Shown here one piece after another: positions 29,712-39,717 of a stretch of DNA of 64,000 nucleotides. This DNA is from Myxococcota bacterium. Its GTDB lineage: Bacteria > Myxococcota_A > UBA9160 > UBA6930. The DNA lies in the NCBI GenBank assembly GCA_965223705.1, contig OZ245015.1, positions 1,664,001 through 1,728,000 on the forward strand. Direction: 5' to 3'. Positions within the stretch are counted from its first letter, which is position 1; every line of letters begins with the position of its first letter. The notes under the pieces were generated by a model. The model made no database searches. It saw only the letters and a list, made by a program, of their open reading frames with translations, and was not told where the DNA came from. A program made the translations under genes and the position numbers.

Positions 29712-30893
29712 TCAGGAAGGCGCGCCTGTTGATCGACCCGGATCGTTCGTCGGCGGGCGTTCCTGCTCGCCCAGCACCCCGGCATCGCGCAAGGCGCGGA
29801 CGGCGCCGGGCGAGCGCCCGAGCCATTCGCGCAGGATTTCCTCGTTGTGCTCGCCCCGATAGGGCGCCGGTCCTCGCACCTGCGCTTTGGCGTTGCTGAA
29901 GTGGTACGGCGCCTGCGTCGTCTGCCGTGTGCCCCCGGCCCGGTCGTCGATCTCGGCCAGGATCTCTCGCGGGCCCACGCTCGGGTTCGTTTGCAGGGCC
30001 TCTTGCCAGGGGCGGACGCGACCCCAGGCGAGGTTGACCTCGTCGAGTAGCGTCGTCGCAGACTCCCAGGTCGGGAGCGAGGCGAGAAAGGCGGCCATCG
30101 CCTCGCGGCGCGCGGCCTCGTCGCCTGGATCTTCGAGACCGCACCGCTTCGCGAGCGTCCGCCACAGAAAGTGGAATGGTGTGGCAATGATCATGCGACC
30201 GCCCGCAACGTCGTAGATGTCTCCGCTCCCAGCGGGTGGGGTATCACCCGCGAGGATCATCGAGACGAAGTCGTCGTGATAGAACTGGGCGTTCACCATC
30301 GACAGGTCGATGTGTTGTCCGACGCCGGTTTCTCGCGCCAACAGCAATGCGGCCAGCACTCCGATGACCCCGTGCACCGACGCTGTCGAGTCGGCCATCG
30401 AGAGCGGAAAATCGACCGGTTGCCGACCGTGGAGGGATGCAAACCGATCGATCAAGCCGGTTTCGGCGTGGAGAATCGGGGCATACGCTGCGCGGTCGCG
30501 CTCGGGGCCTTCCTGACCGAAACCCGAAATCGAAAGCATCACGAGGCGCGGGTTGCGCGCGTGAAGCGCCTCCCAAGACAGGCCGTGGCGATCCATGACA
30601 CCGGGTCGAAAGTTCTCGACCAGCACGTCCGCAACATCAGCGAGTTCGCGAACCAGCTCGTCGGCGCCGGCCGCGCTGAGGTCGATGCAGACATTGCGCT
30701 TGCCCACGTTGTGTTGCGTGTAGTGGCTCGACAGGCCGCCGATCCGGCTCCCGTACGCGCGGGTCAGGTCACCGCGAGGAGGCTCGACCTTGACGACATC
30801 CGCGCCCAGATCGGAGAGGATGCGGGTCGCAAACGGGCCCGAGAGGGCTCGTGTCAGGTCGAGCACCCTGACGCCGTCTAGCGGGAAACGCAT
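29712..30893 (-). CDS. CaiB/BaiF family III CoA transferase
   Basis: PLDGVRVLDLTRALSGPF, LGADVVKVE, DVLVENFRPG, GQHIDLSM. Confidence 0.93.
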   Translation of the reverse strand: MRFPLDGVRVLDLTRALSGPFATRILSDLGADVVKVEPPRGDLTRAYGSRIGGLSSHYTQHNVGKRNVCIDLSAAGADELVRELADVADVLVENFRPGVMDRHGLSWEALHARNPRLVMLSISGFGQEGPERDRAAYAPILHAETGLIDRFASLHGRQPVDFPLSMADSTASVHGVIGVLAALLLARETGVGQHIDLSMVNAQFYHDDFVSMILAGDTPPAGSGDIYDVAGGRMIIATPFHFLWRTLAKRCGLEDPGDEAARREAMAAFLASLPTWESATTLLDEVNLAWGRVRPWQEALQTNPSVGPREILAEIDDRAGGTRQTTQAPYHFSNAKAQVRGPAPYRGEHNEEILREWLGRSPGAVRALRDAGVLGEQERPPTNDPGRSTGAPS

Positions 30894-30935
30894 ACGGTCC
30901 TCTCATTTCGCGCCGATCCCACCGGACCGTCCGGG

Positions 30936-32552
30936 CTAATCGAGTGCAAACCCCGCGTACCCCTTCGCGGCGACTTCGTCGCAGCGCTCTCGGAAGAGCG
31001 GGATGCCCCCGACGTAGTTGAGGAAGACGCGCTTCTTGCCGGGGATGTTCGCCCCCATAAACCATGAATCGGTCTCGGTGAGAAGGGTCTGGTCCGCGGC
31101 GTCGAGGGCTTCCTTCGTCCAGGCGTCTTCGGCCTCTTGGGTCGCTTCGATCCGGGTGTAGCCGTGCTCTCGCATGTAGGCCATGCAGTCGGTGATCCAC
31201 TCGACGTTCTGTTCCAGGCAGCGCGGGATGTTGCAGAAGCTCGAGGAGTTGTGGGGGCCGCCGGTGATGAACATGTTCGGGAAGCCGACCGTGTTCATGC
31301 CGAGGTAGGCGCTCGGTGCCTCGTCCCAGCGCTCCTTCAGGCTGGCGCCGCCCTCGCCGCGGATATCGATGCGTTTGAGTGCCCCGGTTACCGCGTCGAA
31401 CCCCGTCGCGAAGATCACGACGTCGAAGGCGAACTCGGCGTCGCTCGTCGCGATCCCCGTTTCGGTGAAGCGTTCGATGGGCGTGGCATTCAGGTCGATG
31501 AGGTGCACGTTCGGGCGGTTGTAGGCTTCGTAGTAGCCGCTTTCCATGGGTTGGCGCTTCGTGCCGAAGGGGTGGCAGGTGGGGGCGAGCAAGTCGGCCA
31601 CCGCGGGATCGTCGACACGCTCGCGGATCTTCTTGCGGATGAACTCCGAGACCACTTCGTTCGCCGCTTTGTCCGTCATGACGTCGGCGAACCCCCCGAG
31701 CCAGAACTTGAAACCCTTCTGGTTCCACGCCTCCTCGAGGTACGCCTCGCGCGCTTCGTCGTCGAGGTCGAACACGCCGCGCTCGTCGAAATCGTGGATG
31801 AACCCGCCGAAGGTGTTGTTGCAGCGCTCGAAGATCTCCGGGTAGCGGGCCTTGATGTCGCGCTGTTCCGCGGGCGTGATCTCGGCGTTCCAGAGCGGCT
31901 TGCAGTAGTTCGGCGTGCGTTGGAACACCGTGAGGTCGCCGACGTTCTTGGCAACCTCCGCGATCATCTGCACCGCTGTGGCCCCTGTGCCGATCACGCC
32001 GACGCGTTGCTCGCTCAGATCGACCGGTTCGTGCGGCCAGGTCGAGGTGTGCCAGGACTTCCCGCGATAGTCGGCGAAGCCGGGGATCTCGGGGATGTAG
32101 GGCGCCGAGAGGACGCCCGTCGCCTGGAGGAGAAAGCGCGCGGAAGCACGCTCGCCGCTTTCGGTTTCCACGGTCCAGAGGCGTTTCGAGGCATCGAAGT
32201 GCGCCGATACAACGCGCGCGTTGAACTGGATATCGCGCCGAAGATCGAACTTGTCGGCGACGTGGTTGAGATAGCGCTCGGTTTCGGGCTGGGCCGAGAA
32301 ATGCTCCTTCCATTCCCATTCGTCGAGGAGCTCTTTCGAGAAGGAGTAGCCGTAGCTGTAGCTTTCCGAATCGAATCGGGCGCCGGGGTAGCGGTTCCAG
32401 TACCAAGTGCCGCCGACGCCGCTCCCGGCCTCAAAGCCTCGAGCGCTGAACCCGAGCTCGCGAAGCCGGTGGTGGAAATAGAGCCCCGAGACGCCCGCGC
32501 CAATCACGATGGCGTCGGTGGCGGGCGGGTCGGTCGAAGGCGATGTCGTCAT
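30936..32552 (-). CDS. Baeyer-Villiger monooxygenase (type I)
   Basis: GAGVSG, GGTWYWNRYPG, fingerprint YRGKSWHTSTWP, GTGATA, FQRTPN, ATGFD. Confidence 0.94.
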   Translation of the reverse strand: MTTSPSTDPPATDAIVIGAGVSGLYFHHRLRELGFSARGFEAGSGVGGTWYWNRYPGARFDSESYSYGYSFSKELLDEWEWKEHFSAQPETERYLNHVADKFDLRRDIQFNARVVSAHFDASKRLWTVETESGERASARFLLQATGVLSAPYIPEIPGFADYRGKSWHTSTWPHEPVDLSEQRVGVIGTGATAVQMIAEVAKNVGDLTVFQRTPNYCKPLWNAEITPAEQRDIKARYPEIFERCNNTFGGFIHDFDERGVFDLDDEAREAYLEEAWNQKGFKFWLGGFADVMTDKAANEVVSEFIRKKIRERVDDPAVADLLAPTCHPFGTKRQPMESGYYEAYNRPNVHLIDLNATPIERFTETGIATSDAEFAFDVVIFATGFDAVTGALKRIDIRGEGGASLKERWDEAPSAYLGMNTVGFPNMFITGGPHNSSSFCNIPRCLEQNVEWITDCMAYMREHGYTRIEATQEAEDAWTKEALDAADQTLLTETDSWFMGANIPGKKRVFLNYVGGIPLFRERCDEVAAKGYAGFALD

Positions 32553-32640
32553 GCGGTTCCTCGGCAGGGTGATGGGCTTGGCCCTATTCTAGATGTTCTC
32601 GCGAGGAGTGGTTTCCGACCCCGAGCGACGAGGAGGTTCT

Positions 32641-33282
32641 ATGCCCATGGTCATCGATCGCTTCGATCCGAGGCGGAGCGCCGTCATCGTGGTCGACATG
32701 CAGCACGATTTCGTCTCCCCTGGGGCCGCGCTGGAGACTCCGATGGGAAGGGTGCTCCTGCCCACGCTAAAGCGACTCCTCGACCATGCGCGCAGCAGCG
32801 GGATGCGCGTCATCTACACCGCCCATGTCCATCGCCGTGACGGCTCGGACATGGGTCGATTCGGAGAGATCTGGTCACCGATCGCACAAGGGACGGCGCT
32901 GGTCGACGGTGAGGCGGGGGTGGACGTGATCGACGAGGTCGCTCCGCAGGAGGATGAGCCCATCATCAAGAAGCATCGCTACAGCGCGTTCTTCGGCACC
33001 GATCTCGATATGATCCTGCGGACGGCGAACATCGAAAACGTGATCATCACCGGCGTCACCACCGAGAACTGCTGTCACGCGACGGCGCGCGACGCGATGT
33101 TCCACGGGTATCGCGTCGCCTTCATCTCGGACGCCACAGGTACCTTCGACTATCCCGATATCGGTTACGGCGAGATCCCGGCGAGCGAGGTACACCGGGT
33201 TTCCCTCGGCGTCCTCGGGGTCTCGACTGCGCACGTGATGGATTGCGAGGAGCTGATCTCGCGGACGGCCGCCGCGGAATAG
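32641..33282 (+). CDS. Isochorismatase-family cysteine hydrolase
   Basis: VVDMQHDF, KHRYSAFFGTDL, GVTTENCC; AGGAGG RBS. Confidence 0.92.
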   Translation: MPMVIDRFDPRRSAVIVVDMQHDFVSPGAALETPMGRVLLPTLKRLLDHARSSGMRVIYTAHVHRRDGSDMGRFGEIWSPIAQGTALVDGEAGVDVIDEVAPQEDEPIIKKHRYSAFFGTDLDMILRTANIENVIITGVTTENCCHATARDAMFHGYRVAFISDATGTFDYPDIGYGEIPASEVHRVSLGVLGVSTAHVMDCEELISRTAAAE

Positions 33283-33311
33283 GCGTGTCCTCCGGAACGC
33301 GCCGAACGTCG

Positions 33312-34514
33312 TTACCGCACGTCGTCCGTAAAGTTCGGAAGCACCTTTTCCGTCAGCAGCTCGAAATGACGCATCATCGCCTTTTGTGGAACCACTTCGT
33401 TGAAGGTGAAGCAGAACAGGTACTCCGCAGGGAGCTCTTCGAGCACGGATTCCAGTTTGCGATTGACGGTATCGGGTGAGCCGCAGATCGTGAGTCCCCG
33501 CTCCACCTGGGATTCGAAGGTCTCCGGAATCGTGCGGTAATCCTCGCCGTCGTTGGCGAGTGCCGCGTTGAAACCGAAGGGCCCGAAGAAGGGATGCCAC
33601 ACCTGCGCGCTTCCGTTGGCGCCGAGCTCGAAAGCTTCTTCGTCGGTGTCGGCGACAAGGATCTCGCGGGTGAGTCCCATGCGCTCACCGAACGCCAGGT
33701 TACGCCCCGCGTCGGCATGGGCCTCTTGACAGACGCGGAACTGCGCCGCGGCGAGGTCCATGTCGCAAACGATGGAGATCGGAACGACGTCGCGTTCCCC
33801 GGCCCATCGAATCGACGATTCGGAGAAGCTAAAGGGCTGAAAAACGGGCGGGTGGGGCTTTTGAAAGGGCTCTGGAACGATTCCGACCTCGGTGAGTATG
33901 CCGTTCGCGTCCACCCCACGACCGAGTTTCCGCGTGATGTCCTGCGCCGCCCAATGCGTGCGGGGCGGGGGGATCTCCCAGTGCTTTCCCTTGTGATGGA
34001 AACTGCTCTCCGTCCATGCCTTGATCACAATCTCGAAGTGTTCTTCGTACAGCTCTTTCTTTAGGGCTTCGTAACGCTCGGGGTCGCTCGTGCTGTCGGC
34101 GAGCGTTTCGTAGTGCTGCCCAAGGGTGTTTACCCAACGCGGTTGATAACCCCGAGCGAAGCCGGCAAAGGCGCGGCCTTGTGTCAGCTGATCGAGCATC
34201 GCGATGTCTTCGGCAACGCGCAGCGGGTTGTGGCACGGCAAGACGATGCCGAGTTGACCGACGTGAAGGTTCTTCGTCTGCTGCGCGAAGTAGAGGTCGA
34301 GCATGACCGGGTTCGTCGACACCTCTTCCCCTTCGATGTGGAAGTGGTGCTCGGTGCTCGCGTAGCCCCAGTAGCCGTGCTCGTCGCAGTATTGGAGCTG
34401 CTCGGTCAGGTTCCGCACCATGCGCTGGTAGAGGTCGGTGCGGCGTCCGGCCATCCCTTGTTGGAGTTCCGAGACGCTGCCGATCGTGGGTAGGTAGAAG
34501 ACGCCGACTTTCAC
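33312..34514 (-). CDS. LLM-class flavin-dependent oxidoreductase
   Basis: TEHHF, HNPLRVAEDIAMLDQL, PFQKPHPP; GGAGG RBS before GTG 34514. Confidence 0.92.
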   Translation of the reverse strand: MKVGVFYLPTIGSVSELQQGMAGRRTDLYQRMVRNLTEQLQYCDEHGYWGYASTEHHFHIEGEEVSTNPVMLDLYFAQQTKNLHVGQLGIVLPCHNPLRVAEDIAMLDQLTQGRAFAGFARGYQPRWVNTLGQHYETLADSTSDPERYEALKKELYEEHFEIVIKAWTESSFHHKGKHWEIPPPRTHWAAQDITRKLGRGVDANGILTEVGIVPEPFQKPHPPVFQPFSFSESSIRWAGERDVVPISIVCDMDLAAAQFRVCQEAHADAGRNLAFGERMGLTREILVADTDEEAFELGANGSAQVWHPFFGPFGFNAALANDGEDYRTIPETFESQVERGLTICGSPDTVNRKLESVLEELPAEYLFCFTFNEVVPQKAMMRHFELLTEKVLPNFTDDVR

Positions 34515-34554
34515 AGGGACCTCCTTGCAAAGGATCACCTTGCCCGGAAACACA

Positions 34555-34590
34555 CCCTCGTGGGTATGACAGGTGTCATACCCACGAGGG
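34555..34590. promoter_or_regulatory. Perfect inverted repeat (17-bp arms), core GGGTATGA-N6-TCATACCC
   Basis: CCCTCGTGGGTATGACA-GG-TGTCATACCCACGAGGG between divergent genes; core recurs at 36065-36088. Confidence 0.65.
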
Positions 34591-34651
34591 CCTTAGCTCC
34601 GGGCCGCACCGCGCATCGCCTCAGTTCGAAGAGGGGCTACGCTCAGGGGCG

Positions 34652-35635
34652 ATGCTGGCCCAGCGGATCGAGCGTCTACAGCACCCGCTCGTGCGACGGG
34701 ACCTCACGCCGGATCCCCTCGAGGAAGGCGAGCTCCGGGTTCGCGTCGAAGCGTGTGCGGTGTGCCGGACCGATCTGCACTTGATCGACGGAGAGGTCGC
34801 GGTGCCGCACCTCCCCGTCACGCCAGGGCACGAAGTCGTCGGCATCGTCACCGAATCCCGGGCGCGAGACGTTCCGGTCCAAGTGGGGGATCGCGTCGGG
34901 ATCCCGTGGCTGGCGGGGACGTGCGGCGTCTGCCGCTACTGTCGGAGTGGTCGCGAGAATCTTTGCGACGCGGCTCGTTTCACCGGTTGCCACGTCGACG
35001 GTGGTTTTGCCGAAACCGCGAAGGCCGACGCGCGCTTCGTGTTGCCGATTCCGGACGACCTCGATGCCGCCCACGCGGCGCCGCTGCTCTGCGCTGGTCT
35101 GATCGGTTATCGGTCCTACCGCATGGCAGGGGATCACGCGTGCTTGGGGCTGTACGGCTTCGGCGCTGCGGCGCACATCGTTGCGCAATTGGCGGTTGCG
35201 GAAGGGCGCAAGGTGTTCGCCTTCACGCGCCCGGGCGATCGCGAGGGGCAGACCTTCGCTCGAGGGCTGGGCGCCGTCTGGGCCGGCGGTTCCGACGAAG
35301 CGCCGCCCGAGCCCCTCGATAGCGCCATCCTTTTTGCACCGGTCGGCGCCTTGGTTCCCAGGGCACTCGCTGAGGTGCGCCGAGGAGGGCGGGTCGTCTG
35401 CGCCGGGATCCACATGTCGGAAATCCCCGCGTTCCCGTACGAGCTTTTGTGGGGCGAGCGCCGCCTGCTCTCCGTGGCGAATCTGACGCGCGACGATGGC
35501 TTCGGGTTCTTCGACACCCTCGCGAAACACCCGGTGCAAACGCGAGTCACGACGTTTCCTCTAGAAGACGCCAATCGCGCTGTGGCGGCACTGCGTCGGG
35601 GAGAACTTCTCGGAGCCGCCGTGCTGATCCCCTGA
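34652..35635 (+). CDS. Zinc-dependent alcohol dehydrogenase family protein
   Basis: CRTDLH, GHEVVG, CGVCRYC...ENLC, GLYGFGAAA. Confidence 0.94.
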   Translation: MLAQRIERLQHPLVRRDLTPDPLEEGELRVRVEACAVCRTDLHLIDGEVAVPHLPVTPGHEVVGIVTESRARDVPVQVGDRVGIPWLAGTCGVCRYCRSGRENLCDAARFTGCHVDGGFAETAKADARFVLPIPDDLDAAHAAPLLCAGLIGYRSYRMAGDHACLGLYGFGAAAHIVAQLAVAEGRKVFAFTRPGDREGQTFARGLGAVWAGGSDEAPPEPLDSAILFAPVGALVPRALAEVRRGGRVVCAGIHMSEIPAFPYELLWGERRLLSVANLTRDDGFGFFDTLAKHPVQTRVTTFPLEDANRAVAALRRGELLGAAVLIP

Positions 35636-35642
35636 GCTTTGC

Positions 35643-35987
35643 CTAGGGATCGTTCGAGGGACCGCCGGAGGCGAAGAACACCAACAACGTGATGTCCTCT
35701 TCGATTTTGAAGAAGGAATGCTCCGAGCTGGCCTGGACATAAAGGATGGAGCCGGGGCCGACCACACGCTCCTCGTCCCGAACCTTGACCCGGCCCCGCC
35801 CTTCGACGACGTAGTAGACCTCGTCCTCATCGTGAGGGCTTTGGAGATCCGTGGACCCAGCCTCGAGGTGGTAGATGCCGCAACTGAGCGCCGGAACCCG
35901 AAGGAATTCGCGGTAGGCGAAGCCTGATTTTTCGCGTTCGGCGATCTCGCTCGCGATATCGAAAGCCTTCCAGAGTTCTCCTGCCAT
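35643..35987 (-). CDS. Cupin-domain protein
   Basis: QSPHDEDEVYYVVEG...EHSF. Confidence 0.88.
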   Translation of the reverse strand: MAGELWKAFDIASEIAEREKSGFAYREFLRVPALSCGIYHLEAGSTDLQSPHDEDEVYYVVEGRGRVKVRDEERVVGPGSILYVQASSEHSFFKIEEDITLLVFFASGGPSNDP

Positions 35988-36064
35988 CGCGTAAGCCTCC
36001 TCTAGCGCCCCCTACGGTACACGCAAAACCGCGGTCGCCGTCAACCTTGCCGAGCGCCGGGCTT

Positions 36065-36088
36065 CGGGTATGAGCGCGGTCATACCCG
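36065..36088. promoter_or_regulatory. Second copy of the GGGTATGA-N6-TCATACCC palindrome
   Basis: CGGGTATGA-GCGCGG-TCATACCCG between the divergent cupin and BVMO genes. Confidence 0.6.
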
Positions 36089-36153
36089 GCGGGGGGCGCG
36101 CCCGCACGCTTGTCCTACCGTGAAGCTACGCACGTCTGTCGAGGAGAAACGCA

Positions 36154-37755
36154 ATGGCCAAGAGCGATCACTACGACGCCATCATCATCGGAGCCGGCAT
36201 CTCGGGCATGTACATGAGCCACAAGCTGCGGGAGCTCGGTATGTCGTTCCGGGTCTTCGAGGCCGGCACCGGCGTCGGTGGGACGTGGTACTGGAACCGC
36301 TATCCCGGTGCGCGTTTTGACTCCGAGTCCTACTCCTACGCCTACTCGTTCTCGGACGAGATTCTCGACGAGTGGGAGTGGAGCGAGCATTTCGCCGCCC
36401 AGCCCGAGACGCTGCGCTACCTGAACTTCGTCGCCGACAAGCTCGATCTCCGTCACGATATCGAGTTCAGCACGCGCATCGTGGCCGCGAGCTATGACGA
36501 GGCTTCGAACACCTGGGAGGTCGAGACCGAGCAAGGCAAGCGAGCACGCGCGACGTTCCTGATCACAGCGATCGGTCCGTTGTCCGTGCCCTACGTCCCG
36601 GCATTCAAGGGCATCGATACCTTCAAGGGCCAGTCGTTCCATACGGGAAGCTGGCCGCACGAACCCGTCGACCTCCGCGGCAAGCGCGTCGGCATCATCG
36701 GCACCGGTGCCACCGCGGTTCAGGTGATCACCGAAATCGCGAAGACGGTCGGATATCTCACCGTGTTCCAGAAAGAGCCCAATTTCTGCGTGCCGCTGCG
36801 CAACAAGCCGATCGACGCCGAAACCCAGAAAGAGCTCAAGGCCAACGCCAAGAAGATCTTCGACCAATGCAAAGCGACCTTCGGCCAATTCATTCACGGC
36901 TTCGACGAGCGCTCCGCACTCGAGGTCTCACCGGAGGAGCGTGAGGCGTTCTTTGAGAAACTCTACGCGGAGCCCGGTTTTGCGCTGTGGCTCTCGAACT
37001 ATCACGACATTTTCTCGAGCCGCGAGGCCAACGATCTCATCACCGAGTTCGTCAGCGAGAAGATCCGCGAGCGGATCGACGATCCCGAGGTGGCGGCGAA
37101 GCTGATCCCCAAGGACCACGGCTTCGGTACGAAGCGCGTGCCGATGGAGAGCGGCTACTACGAGGTCTACAACCAGGACAACGTGCTGCTGGTCGATGTC
37201 AACGAGAACCCGATCGAGTACATCACCGAAAAGGGTGTCCAGTGTCGTGACGGCGAGTACGAGTTCGATCTCATCATCTACGCCACTGGCTTCGATGCCG
37301 TGACCGGCGGATTCATGAAGATGGATATCCGCGGCGTCGATGGACAATCGCTCCGCGACAAGTGGGCCGACGGTCCGCGAACCTATCTAGGGCTCCAGAC
37401 CGCGGGCTTCCCGAACCTGATGACCATCGTCGGCCCCCACAACGGCGGCACGTTCTGTAACATTCCACGCTGCATCGAACAGAACGTCGAATGGGTGGCC
37501 GATCTCCTGCGCTACATGCGCGACCATGACTACCACCGGATTTCGGCCACGCCGGAGGCCGAGGACGCGTGGACCGAGCACGTCTACGACGCGGTCAGCG
37601 AGACCCTGATTCCAGAGACGGATTCGTGGTTTATCGGCGCCAACATTCCGGGCAAGAAGAAGACCTTCCTCATGTACGCCGGCGGCATGCCGACCTTCCG
37701 CGAACGCTGTGACGAAGTCGCCGCGAACGGCTACGAGGGATTCGCGCTGGGATAA
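36154..37755 (+). CDS. Baeyer-Villiger monooxygenase (type I), paralog of 30936-32552
   Basis: GAGISG, GGTWYWNRYPG, FKGQSFHTGSWP, GTGATA, FQKEPN. Confidence 0.94.
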   Translation: MAKSDHYDAIIIGAGISGMYMSHKLRELGMSFRVFEAGTGVGGTWYWNRYPGARFDSESYSYAYSFSDEILDEWEWSEHFAAQPETLRYLNFVADKLDLRHDIEFSTRIVAASYDEASNTWEVETEQGKRARATFLITAIGPLSVPYVPAFKGIDTFKGQSFHTGSWPHEPVDLRGKRVGIIGTGATAVQVITEIAKTVGYLTVFQKEPNFCVPLRNKPIDAETQKELKANAKKIFDQCKATFGQFIHGFDERSALEVSPEEREAFFEKLYAEPGFALWLSNYHDIFSSREANDLITEFVSEKIRERIDDPEVAAKLIPKDHGFGTKRVPMESGYYEVYNQDNVLLVDVNENPIEYITEKGVQCRDGEYEFDLIIYATGFDAVTGGFMKMDIRGVDGQSLRDKWADGPRTYLGLQTAGFPNLMTIVGPHNGGTFCNIPRCIEQNVEWVADLLRYMRDHDYHRISATPEAEDAWTEHVYDAVSETLIPETDSWFIGANIPGKKKTFLMYAGGMPTFRERCDEVAANGYEGFALG

Positions 37756-37796
37756 ACCGGGGCTCGTCCGGCGCGATCGCTTGCTACGATTCCGGC

Positions 37797-38630
37797 ATGC
37801 GAATGATCACGCTTGTTACTTTGATTTCGATAGCGCTCGTCGGTTCCGTGTCCGCTCCGTCCCGGGCCGCGAGCGGCAATTTCGCGGGGCTCGAAGATAC
37901 CCTCGCCCACGAGCGACGCGCCGACGACCGTGGACGCGACCTCTATCGGCATCCCGAGGAGACCCTGCGGTTCTTCGACGTCCAGCCGACGCACACGATC
38001 GTCGAGTACGCGCCGGGGCGCGGGTGGTACACGAAGATTTTGGCGCCCTACGTCGCACCGGCGGGCCGGTACATCGCCGTCAGCTTTGCGGGCGACGACA
38101 CGCCGATCGAACGCTTAAAGGAGCGGCTCGCGGGGTGGGATGAGGCGTTCCCCGGACGGGTCGCGGAGATGACCGGGCTTCCGGCCGAGCGCTTTACAGC
38201 GCACTTTGGCAACTCGATTCCGGAGGAGGCCCACGGCACGGTCGATCGCATCCTCGTGATCCGCATGCTCCACAACCTGTTGCGTTGGGATATCGCCGAT
38301 CAGGAGCTTCGGGCCCTGCGCAAGATGTTGAAGGACGACGGCCTGGTGGGCGTGGTGCAGCATCGGGCGAAGCCCGACGCGCCGTACCGTTACCGGGATG
38401 GCAACAAGGGTTACCTCCGCGAGCAGGACGTCATCGCGATCATGGAACTCCACGGCTTCCGTTTGGTCGACAAGAGCGAGATCAACGCGAACGCCGCAGA
38501 TCCGACGGATCACGAGTCGGGTGTCTGGACGCTTCCGCCGAGCTATCGCTTGGGCGAGACCGACAAGGACAAGTACGCGTCGATCGGCGAAAGCGATCGG
38601 GCGACCTTGCTCTTCGAGAAAGCCCCGTAG
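37797..38630 (+). CDS. Exported class I SAM-dependent methyltransferase-like protein
   Basis: Signal peptide; RDLYRHPEETLRFF, EYAPGRGWYT, VWTLPP, IGESDR. Confidence 0.85.
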   Translation: MRMITLVTLISIALVGSVSAPSRAASGNFAGLEDTLAHERRADDRGRDLYRHPEETLRFFDVQPTHTIVEYAPGRGWYTKILAPYVAPAGRYIAVSFAGDDTPIERLKERLAGWDEAFPGRVAEMTGLPAERFTAHFGNSIPEEAHGTVDRILVIRMLHNLLRWDIADQELRALRKMLKDDGLVGVVQHRAKPDAPYRYRDGNKGYLREQDVIAIMELHGFRLVDKSEINANAADPTDHESGVWTLPPSYRLGETDKDKYASIGESDRATLLFEKAP

Positions 38631-38631
38631 G

Positions 38632-39687
38632 CTAGAGAATCTCTGTCAGGGAGCGGATCAGGTCGAGCTGTTGCGCCGCATTGCGGCTATCGAGCCCGAT
38701 GAGCATCGTGAAGTCGATATCGAGCGACTGCCAGCGCGATAGCTGATCGCGCATGTGCTCTTTCGGACCGACCAGTGCGAGCTCGTCGATGAGCTCGACG
38801 GGAACCGCGGCTTCGGCATCGGCTTTCTTGCCGGCGAGATAGAGCTGCTGAATCCGATCGGAGGTCTCCTGGTAGCCGTAGCGGTCGATGGCGTTCTTGT
38901 GGAAGTTCTGATCCTTCGCTCCCATGCCGCCGATATAGAGCGCCAGAAACGGACGAACCCGATCTCGGCACGCGTCGAGATCTTCGCCGGGGACCACCGG
39001 CTGGAAGACGTAGATGTCGAAGTTGTCGAGCGACTTACCGCCGCCTGCCTTGGCGAAGCCGGCCTCGAGTTTCGGGCGGTAGACGCGGTCGAAGTGGATC
39101 GGCGAGAGAAGCATCGCCAACCATCCCTCGGCGATTTCAGCCGTTTGTTCGATGTTTCGCGGTCCTTCGGCGCCGATGACGATGGGGATGTCCGGGCGCC
39201 CATGCAGGATGCTCTTCAGCGGCTTGCCGAGGCCCGTCGCGTCCGCGCCCGCGTAGGGAATCCGATATTGGTCGCCGTCGTGGGTGAGCGGAGCCTTGCG
39301 CTCGAAGATGTCGCGCAGGATCCCGACGTACTCGCGCATCCGCGCGATGGGCCGTTCGTAGGATGCCCCGTACCAACCCTCGACGACTTGCGGCCCGGAC
39401 ACTCCGAGCCCGAGGATCATTCGCCCGCCACTCAGTTGGTCGAGCGTCATTGCCGCCATTGCGGTGGCAGCGGGCGTGCGCGCGGCGAGCTGCACGATCC
39501 CCGTGGCAAGCTTCATCTTCTTCGTGTGAGAGCCGATCCACGCGAGTGGTGTGAGCGCGTCTGAACCGTAGGCCTCCGCCGTCCACAACGAGTCGCAGCC
39601 CATCGCTTCGGCTTCCTGCACGTATCGGATCGGCGCGTCGATGGTCCGCCCGGAATAGCCCAGCGAAATTCCCAACTTCATCGTCAC
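38632..39687 (-). CDS. LLM-class, probably F420-dependent oxidoreductase
   Basis: [32 protein letters not shown]. Confidence 0.92.
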   Translation of the reverse strand: MTMKLGISLGYSGRTIDAPIRYVQEAEAMGCDSLWTAEAYGSDALTPLAWIGSHTKKMKLATGIVQLAARTPAATAMAAMTLDQLSGGRMILGLGVSGPQVVEGWYGASYERPIARMREYVGILRDIFERKAPLTHDGDQYRIPYAGADATGLGKPLKSILHGRPDIPIVIGAEGPRNIEQTAEIAEGWLAMLLSPIHFDRVYRPKLEAGFAKAGGGKSLDNFDIYVFQPVVPGEDLDACRDRVRPFLALYIGGMGAKDQNFHKNAIDRYGYQETSDRIQQLYLAGKKADAEAAVPVELIDELALVGPKEHMRDQLSRWQSLDIDFTMLIGLDSRNAAQQLDLIRSLTEIL

Positions 39688-39717
39688 GACTTCAAGTGAG
39701 CGACTCGCTCCTGCGAA

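Noticed and set aside
31137..32840. Long overlapping ORFs (also 771-2135, 30769-32406, 54705-56528, 60846-61964)
   Set aside because: Antisense or off-frame shadows of well-supported genes, common in high-GC DNA.
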